Part shown: one piece after another, positions 56,010-64,000 of the stretch
Position numbering within the stretch: position 1 is the first letter of the stretch
Layout of the letters: each line of letters begins with the position of its first letter
Position numbers and translations under genes: made by a program
Notes under the pieces: generated by a model
What the model was told of the DNA's origin: nothing
The model's input: the letters and a program-made list of their open reading frames with translations, nothing else
The model's database searches: none
Origin: Octopus vulgaris
Taxonomy: Eukaryota
NCBI GenBank assembly: GCA_951406725.2
Contig: OX597814.1
Coordinates: 181,722,001-181,786,000, forward strand
DNA length: 64,000 nucleotides
Direction of reading: 5' to 3'

Positions 56010-56517
56010 CTGTATATATATAAAAGGCAAGATGTGTGTGTGTGTACGTGAATGTAATTTATGCACATCCACAAATTAGCACGCATATCGATCCAATTTT
56101 AGGAGGACATTCGTCACAATCCTTGCTGTATTTTCGTCAAATTATTTTCCCCCGAGGCACCAGCGAATAACGGTAAAAATTAATTTTCGACCATAACTTA
56201 ACAATTTTCATGGCGGAGAAATCCACCATTGTTTATACAAACAGGAGTTAAGTCCACTTCTAGCGACGGTGTAAAGAGAGGGAGGAAGAGGGAGAGAGAG
56301 AGAGATAACAGATTTTTTTAAAATTTCGTCTTTTTACTGAGTGATTGACAGGCAAAAACAGACAGACAGATGTTGTTATGTATGTATGTATGTATGTATG
56401 TATGTATGTATGTATGTATGTGTGAATGGCTTCAGTCACACACACACACACGAACATGTATGCGTACAAAACACATGTATGCAATGTGTATGTGTGTTGC
56501 CCGTATATATATATACA

Positions 56518-56660
56518 GTATAACGACATTCTCCGTTTCTCCACAACTAATTTCCAAATTAGCTGAATTCGTTGCTCTACTCATAGCGATATATAGCTGG
56601 TCGTGCGTGAACATGGGAGAGAGCAGAGGTTAACAGAGCAAAAGGCCTACGTGTTGACTG
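56518..56660 (-). pseudogene. Helitron PIF1-type helicase C-terminal remnant
   Basis: MFTHDQLYIAMSRAT...GETENVV resembles VFSHGQLYVALSRV...T.NVVY. A Helitron-like 5' end TCTGTATATATAAAAG is at 56009 (+). Confidence 0.6.
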
Positions 56661-57003
56661 TAGACACGCTCCTTCGCAAACGATCAGCTATCATTTTGTA
56701 AACAATGTTTCGAAACTGTCCATGTTTTCGAAAGGAGAGATCTGACTCTTTTCAACCATAACGTCTACCAATTTTGATGTATTTTGTTTAAACTTGATGC
56801 CAGTATTACTTAGGACTCATGGAATCTTTGAATGCTTTAAGTTCTCCAGAAACTAAAAAAAAAATCGATGAGTGGAAAAAATCGATAAACCGATTCCTTA
56901 TGGGATTTCCCAATCAAATTGTCTGCAAAATTTCAGCCAAAAGTTTACCAATTTCAACAGAATAATATATACATAAATATATACACACTATGTGTGTGTG
57001 TGT

Positions 57004-57097
<94 letters not shown>

Positions 57098-57194
57098 TTT
57101 ATCGAGTAGCCAGTGTAGAAACCAATTAAGGAAGAAAATTAATACAAGGAAGAAAATTAATTCCTTTATATATAAAATACATTATAATATCAAG

Positions 57195-58447
57195 GACTAT
57201 TGCTGTGCATAAAAGCTTTAATGGCGCTCTAAAGTCAAACTACTTCAATAGGCATACACTCGCGCCGACATCGAGGAAATGAAAACTAGAAGAAATTCCC
57301 TCAATAAAATATAGGTTTAGTCGTATACCATTAACGATTCGTGGTCACCATGTATTACTATTGACATGAGTAGGTCAATTCGGAAACAAATGCTATGACC
57401 TACTTTGCTCGTTGTAGTCTGAAAGTCTGGAATACAAAGTTATTGTCCTTTGTTCCGTCAGATTCTGAAAGGATTAATGAGTTTTGAGGAGACCTTTGGC
57501 CTTGTGCCGGTCAAAGAAGAGTCGAGGAAGCTACCCTTTAAAAAGCGAACGAGCTGTGAGCTTAGGACAGTCGGCCGGCAGTTCTGGCCAAAGACGGGGG
57601 TGATACGAAGGCGGTCAGTTGAGAAAGACAGACAGATAATGTGAGGGATGACAAGCGAAAGAATGACAGTGAATGTGAAAGAGGAAGACAGGCAGATCGA
57701 ATTACGGCGAGGGGCAACGACAGCGTGGAGGAAGACAGACAAACCGAATTAAGGAAAAGAGAGAGGGACTACGGTATGAGGGCACTACTGGTTATTGTAG
57801 TAGCTCGTAACGGTATGTTTATTTATGTTTTGATATGTGTTAACGAAGGAAAAAGAATTGTTGAAATGTAAAAGAACTGATGTGTTGAAAATAGGAGGAA
57901 GAAGTACTGAATTGTGTAAAGACATTGTGAAAAGAGTAGTTGAAAAGAAAGAAAGAAGGAGAAAGACTCTAATGTAGATATTATCTGAACTTTTAACTGT
58001 ATCATTAATGTAGAACTAATTTGTCTCTGAACTGTTATTGTACCTGCATGCTTTGATTTGTTGTTTCCTTGTTTTCTTGCACGTATTTTCTTTGATGTAT
58101 TTGATGTAATAATTGTTATAAACTACTGTTGTTAAATGTAGCCAATTGCCTTCCGCCGTCTCTCTATGTGTCTCTTCCTGCTGTTGTTTGTTGTTGTGTT
58201 ATCTCCGGTCGCCGGTTGCAAAGTTCGCTGCCACCTTTTCCCCCACCGAATTCTCTCTCTCTGAGTCCGTGGCGAATTCATCGTTCGATCGGGCCGGTAA
58301 ATCGTCGTCGCTCGACTTGGTAGGGTCCCGGGTTTTCCGAAGAGTTTGAGCGACGGCAGGTGGTATTCGTAACACTATGTTCTCCACTCAACAGTTTGAC
58401 TTTAGAGTCCCATTAAAGCGTGTGGCTTTTACGCACATTAATAGCCC
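57195..58447. mobile_element. Segment bounded by ~45-bp imperfect inverted repeats; possibly a short foldback element with an LTR-like insert
   Basis: GCTTTAATGGCGCTCTAAAGTCAAACT (57215) versus AGTTTGACTTTAGAGTCCCATTAAAGC (58393). Confidence 0.45.
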
Positions 58448-58589
58448 GTCAAACGACGCGCTTGAATGTTATGGGTGCTTTATTCAGCATATTTAATGTA
58501 TCATCACATACATGAATTACTTAGATTTATGCCATTATTTATTTAACTTATTGCTCTTAGATTAATTTTGAAAATTATACATACAAGCG

Positions 58590-58990
58590 AGAAGTGGCTG
58601 TGTGGTAAGTAGCTTGCTTACCAGCCACATGGTTCCGGGTTCAGTCCCACTGCGTGGCATCTTGGGCAAGTGTCGTCTACTATATCCTCGGGCCGACCAA
58701 AGCCTTGTGAGTGGATTTGGTAGATGGAAACTGAAAGAAGCCCGTCGTATATATGTTTATATATATATGTATGTGTGCGTGTATGTTTGTGTGTCTGTGT
58801 TTGTCCCCCTAGCATTGCTTGACAACCGATCCTGGTGTGTTTATGCCCCCGTAACTTAGCGGTTCGGCAAAAGAGACCGATAGAATAAGTACTGGGCTTA
58901 CAAAGAATAAGTCCCGGGGTCGAGTTGCTCGATTAAAGGCGGTGCTCCAGCATGGCCGCAGTCAAATGACTGAAACAAGTAAAAGAGCAA
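58590..58990 (+). mobile_element. tRNA-derived SINE with internal microsatellite
   Basis: TGGCTGTGTGGTAAG head and GGTTCAGTCCC B-box-like motif; other copies at 42718-43080, ~8670-8810 and ~51510-51640. Confidence 0.85.
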
Positions 58991-59197
58991 AAAAGAATTT
59001 ACACACGCATACACACACATTTATGCGTGTATATCTGTGTGTGCGCGTGTATGTGCATGTGTGTATACGCATGTGAGTCGTCTAAGAGACTATAAGCCAA
59101 GGAGAAGATGCACTCGTACATTTGTCAGTAGAGTGGGTATATTATCCAAAATATATAGAATCAAATATCCTGGTATTACCAATCAGTTTCGCGTAAA

Positions 59198-59618
59198 CGG
59201 CCACTGCAACATGGAAACTGTTTGCAAAACGAAAACAGTTGTATACGAGGCAAAAGTAACAGGAACAGGACCCAATGGACAAATATGTGGGGAAAATAGA
59301 AGGTCTCTTCGGAACCCGCTTTGATAACGGCAAGTCCTCATTCAATATCCCAGAGAAACGTAACGCCACAACTTAGCCAAGCACGCCTGGACTTTGAAAG
59401 AAAGCGCCGCGGAGTACAGCATTAAGTGGAAGATCCTAGAAAGATGCAAACCGTACTTCAATAGCAGTAGGAAGTGCAGATTATGCCTGACTGAAAATAG
59501 AGCAATTTTAAAAAGTACCCAACGCCCGGATGTTTATGTGAAAAGCAGGAGTGAGGTGTTTAATCCTTGCCCGCATGAAAGGAAGTACATTCTATCATAC
59601 ATCCGCGCCCCATCATGA
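59198..59618 (+). pseudogene. PLE GIY-YIG endonuclease fragment (frameshifted)
   Basis: VCKTKTVVYEAKV...KYVGK...TRFDNGKSSFNIPEKRNAT.LAKHAWTLKESAAEYSIKWKILERCKPYFNSSRKCRLCLTENRAIL...KSRSEVFNPCPH. Confidence 0.88.
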
Positions 59619-60057
59619 CTGAAACCACCGGTCCCTTACCTCGACCTTCCACCAATGCCCTTGAGCCCAGCAAAAAGAGTTTGACCAAAGCACACACCAA
59701 GGCACCCATCTACACACATTCACACACACCTATAAGGCGGACACCCCACAAAATAAACTGTTTCTCCCCCCAACATATACTCCGTCACACAAATTGTACC
59801 CCTCTATATACACAGACCCCCCACACACACACATACATTACAGACCGCACGCTAACATAACCCCACATTAGTAATACACACTTTCCCCACTTCAAGATAA
59901 CTTGCCGGCTTCACAGCATACCCAACCAAGGGACATAACTCCTAAACTAATTCCTTGGCCCTTTTTTCGTTCCACCACCTTTTTCACAGCCGCAGCTGAC
60001 CCGTTGTGCTAATCCACCTCCGACAATAGAGAGCAGTCACCATATTCCCTTCGATAT

Positions 60058-60151
60058 CGGCTAACTCTGATGAGCGTAAAGTTATATAATTGGTTTCTTA
60101 CCTAACACTCCATTGTAGTCTTTACGCGAAACCGATTGGTAAGACCAGCCG
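60058..60151 (+). ncRNA. Type I hammerhead ribozyme with extended stems
   Basis: CTGATGA at 60067-60073; 8-bp stem II GCGTAAAG/CTTTACGC; GAAA at 60128-60131; stem III ACCG/TGGT; GUA site at 60139-60141; stem I CGGCT-aa-CT / AG-acc-AGCCG with an internal loop. Confidence 0.85.
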
Positions 60152-60272
60152 TGATGGATATTTTTAATACTATACGTTTCGGATAATATATATATGTGTG
60201 TGTGTATGCACGCGTGTGTGTGTGTCAGCGCGCGCGTGCGTGCGTGTGTGTGCGTGCGTGTGCATGTGTGTA

Positions 60273-60550
60273 TAGTATTTTATAAGCTTAAAGTTTGTAA
60301 GTGAACACCGTGTAATGGCTAAAGAAAATAGTCTAATAGTGGGGTATGGAAGCCCTCGACGGAAAAGAGTAGGTTTTCTCGTAAATGGCTAGCACACTTG
60401 TCGTGAAAACAAAGAGATGTGCGTTCGAGTCCCACGCGTACGAGGAAACCTAATTTTCTTCTGTCGATGGATTATATGCTCCATTATTAGAATATTGTCT
60501 TTAGTCACTGCATGTTGATAATTTATAAGCTTTAAGCTTGTAAAATACTA
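60273..60550. repeat. Diverged ~280-bp foldback hairpin (MITE-like)
   Basis: TAGTATTTTATAAGCTTAAAG... / ...CTTTAAGCTTGTAAAATACTA, with pairing continuing inward to TAGGTTTTCTCGTA / TACGAGGAAACCTA. Confidence 0.7.
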
Positions 60551-60728
60551 TTGTTATTATTATTTACAGAATTGTGAAAATCGACGCTGCTTAACAAAAA
60601 GCATCGCAGAAATGTGTGTGTGTGTAGTGGATCTTGCAGGCATGAAGTGGATTCGATCCACTATAGCCAAATTGCAAGTAACTCTTCAACAGAACTTTTC
60701 TCACGGTGGAACAATGATTTTTTTTTTC

Positions 60729-61475
60729 TGTGATAGCAGTTTTACATTTTCCTGATGCCTTAGCTAAGCAAAAATAATGTCTTCGCTACTCGACCCTTCT
60801 AATCTCTTACAGACCACCAAAAGCTAGAATTAAGATAACAAGTGCCACCAACTAAATCCAGTGTTCTCAACGATATGTCTATCCTTCTGGATAGTTATAA
60901 AAGCAAGAACCCCGAGCAAAAATCAGTTAGTCACTTGGTAACAATTCAATCAGCTAGTCAGTTGGTGACAACTCGTGAGTTGAGAGAGAGCTAACATCAG
61001 TTAGTGAACCGATCACTAGAATCATGGCCACAAGCAGGCAGACAAACGGCCAGAGGGAAAAAGAAAGAAGTTTAGAATCAGTGACTATACTCTCGACAAC
61101 GTCCCACACTCTCTCACTCTTACTAACTCACTTTATTTTCTCTCACAACATCATTCTATCTCTTTCTGTAATTACTACTACACAATTACGAGAACACAAA
61201 CACAAGCTATATAAGGAAAATCTACATCTATCTTTACTTCGCATGCTTTACGATTTCATCACCTGCCCGTCGAGGTAAGGTATTGTTTAATGTAACGATA
61301 AAATAAATATTTTCTTCACAACTTCAATCACTGTTCTTTCATTCTTACGCAATGAAAAATCTCAAACCTTTAACAAATCAATCATAACAGTAACAAACTC
61401 AATTTCAACCGTCACAAAATCTAATTTCAACCATTTCGCTAATAAACTTCAGCCATTACAAATTGGTGACCCAAC
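60729..61475 (+). mobile_element. Putative LTR with primer-binding-site remnant
   Basis: TG start at ~60729, TATAAAAG at ~60896, AATAAA at 61441, ...TTACA end at 61460, then AATTGGTGACCC (tRNA-Trp-like PBS). Confidence 0.5.
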
Positions 61476-61719
61476 TGTTATAAAATAATAATCTTAATCG
61501 TTTCAACTGATCCCGACGTTACACCATAACAGGCATCGTTAGAAAAATAAAACTTTATCGTTACATATATATAAATGAGAAACAAAGATGTACATGTGTT
61601 AATTCATTACGGCCGTTTCTAGTGGCTCCTTTAATTGATTAATGAAAACATATCAATTTGAAAGAAACCGTTCCCCTATAGACCTCAAGCATGAAGGACA
61701 CCAACATTTTTAAAAACAT

Positions 61720-61966
61720 ATTTACATCAATAATGGACAAAGACGAACTACCAAAACACAGTCCAAAAAGCAAAATTCATCAAAAGAAGCTGATGGTGTG
61801 TGTTTGGTAGTCTGACGCAGGTGTGATCCATTATGATTTCATTTAACGTAGTTCATCAATCATGGCTGAAATATACTGCAGCCAACTGGACCAAATAATG
61901 CAGAAACTTACAAAAAAAACAAAAAAACAGCCTAGGTTAATCAGCGGATCCACTCCTATTTTATTG
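61720..61966 (+). pseudogene. mariner transposase catalytic-domain fragment
   Basis: PKHSPKSKIHQKKLMVCVW*SDAGVIHYDFI...SIMAEIYCSQLDQIMQKL...PILL. Confidence 0.8.
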
Positions 61967-62614
61967 CGTGCGTGCTTTCACATGTGGATGTGAGAAAGAG
62001 AAAGGATGAGAAAGAGAGCTAGAGAGAGTGAGTGAAGGTGTATGTCGTGATGTAAGAGAGACAGCATAGATTAGCGAACTATTTTTTCTTTTCTGCAAAT
62101 TTCATACTTGACGACCTAATAGAATTAAATCCATTGGGAGTTGTCAACCGTATTCTAATTAATGGTGATAAATCAATTAATGACAATGTACTAAACTCTT
62201 AATGTAAGATATCTACACAAAAGGGTAGGTTGTAGGGTTAATAGTAAGGGAATGTCTGATGGGGAAGGGGTTATTGATGGAAGAAAGAATGATAGGGGTG
62301 GTTAATGTTTTTTAGATTATCAAAGGGGAACATAATGAAAGGGGTGGCTAATATTTATTTAGATTATTAAAGGGGAACATAATGAAAAACCAAAAGAGAT
62401 AAGAAATATACACTTTAGGGGTGGTAATTGGAATTGAAAGATATGGGAGGTAGTAATTTATAACTTAGCAAATTTACAATATTAAATTAAGAAAATTTAA
62501 AACAATAGCTACAGTAAAGATAGAAATTAATTTTAAAACCTAATAATGGGATACTTTAATATATAAGAAAAACTATTAAGACCTTCCTTGCCTCCTCCCT
62601 TCGTCCGTCCGTCT

Positions 62615-62912
62615 ATCCATCCATCCAGCCAGCCAGCCAGCCAGCCATCCAGCCAGCCATCAATATATAAGAAAAACTATTAAGACCTTCCTTGCCTCCT
62701 CCCTTCGTCCGTCCGTCTATCCATCCATCCATCCATCCATCCATCCATCCATCCATCCATCCATCCATCCATCCATCCATCCATCCAGCCATCCAGCCAG
62801 CCAGCCATCCATCCATCCATCCATCCATCCATCCATCCATCCATCCATCCATCCATCCATCCATCCATCCATCCATCCATCCATCCATCCATCCATCCAT
62901 CCATCCATCCAT

Positions 62913-62947
<35 letters not shown>

Positions 62948-62983
62948 TCCATCCATCCATCCATCCATCCATCCATCCATCCA
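62615..62983. repeat. (CCAT)n/(CCAG)n microsatellite with duplicated 5' flank (62559-62617 / 62662-62720)
   Basis: Seen directly. Confidence 0.95.
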
Positions 62984-64000
62984 AGCGTTCTTATTTGTTT
63001 TAACTAATATTTCTTTAAATTATTCTGACGTAAATACGATACATTTCTTGCTGCAAGCGTTCTTATTGGTTTGACCGCCGAAGTAGACTTTTGCCTTTCA
63101 TCCTTTTGGGGTCGATAAATTAAGTACCAGTTGCGTACTGCGGTCGGTCTAATCGACTGATCCCCTCCCCCTTGTGCCTTGAGTAGAAAAGGTTCTTATT
63201 GGTTTGAAGTTATTACCCGTGTATTTCTACAAACGTTCTTCTTTCACTCATATTAGTTTCATTTTGTCAGTTCAGCTACAAAAAATAAGGTTCAGATTTT
63301 CTACTCTGTCTAAATGTTCTTATTTGTTTTAACTCATATTTCTTTCATTTATTCTGACTTGAATACGATACATTTCTTTATGCAAGCGTTCTTATTTGTT
63401 TGAAGTTATTACCCTTCTGCCTACAACGACCATTTTCATTCCCTAAGTTAAGCTGATTTAAAAACGAATATTCATTTAGGTATCCTATTCTTACATCATG
63501 CCTCGACGAGGAAGAAAGAGAACATCTGGTTGGTCTATAGTTATAATACGAAAAGTGCGCGGTTAAGCAGGCGACATAATGAATCGGATGCTTGAACAGC
63601 TGAGCGTCTGGTAGAACAGGGGGAAAGAGAGAGAAACAGTACCCAAGATAGGGACAGACGTGCGAATAGAAAGGTCGATGAGACTGATAAAGCAAGGGCT
63701 GAGCGTCTGGTGGAATAGAGGGAAAGAGACAGAAGTAAGAGAGATCAGGAATCGGACATCTGAAGAACTGAGCGTCTGGCAAAACAGAAGGAAAGAGACA
63801 AAAGCAGGAGACGTCATGAATCGGGTGCTCATGTCAATACAAACAGAATAAAAGAAGTTTTGCATAAATCAGACCACGGGTTACCGAGATGCGCGGTTTT
63901 TACGGGTACCTTTATAAATAGCCAAACCGGCGTATAATGGGGGAAATGCTTTGAAAATAAGGTACCATTAAAATGTGAATACACACGGAATAACAGAAGT

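Larger units (their letters stand above)
59138..60190 (+). mobile_element. 5'-truncated Penelope-like element with short inverted 5' pseudo-LTR fragment
   Basis: 59138-59197 is the reverse complement of 60121-60189; GIY-YIG at 59198-59618; HHR at 60058-60151. Confidence 0.85.

Noticed and set aside
63378-63865. ORFs with a repeated PDAQ motif
   Set aside because: Caused by a short imperfect repeat (CTGAGCGTCTGG x3); no protein family recognised.

Overview
AT-rich eukaryotic, non-genic DNA with very dense microsatellites. The SINE/LINE families and repeat style suggest a cephalopod (Octopus-like) genome; this is an inference. I could not support any intact host protein-coding gene, and nearly all listed ORFs are microsatellite read-throughs. 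The window is a graveyard of mobile elements: three Penelope-like (PLE) remnants with GIY-YIG fragments and inverted partial pseudo-LTRs, a Helitron Rep pseudogene and a non-autonomous Helitron, Merlin-type MITEs with 8-bp TSDs, mariner fragments, RTE/CR1-type LINE ends, tRNA-derived SINEs and an LTR with a PBS. The most notable signal is at least ten hammerhead-ribozyme (HHR) motifs. Four lie in two copies of a short non-coding element that joins a tRNA-like head, a microsatellite and a minimal HHR, and that is inserted as a head-to-head inverted pair with a one-sided 3' tail, as Penelope insertions are. It is a candidate Penelope-mobilised, ribozyme-bearing SINE. Local inverted duplications and palindromes are also unusually frequent. 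All calls come from manual reading, and most boundaries are approximate.
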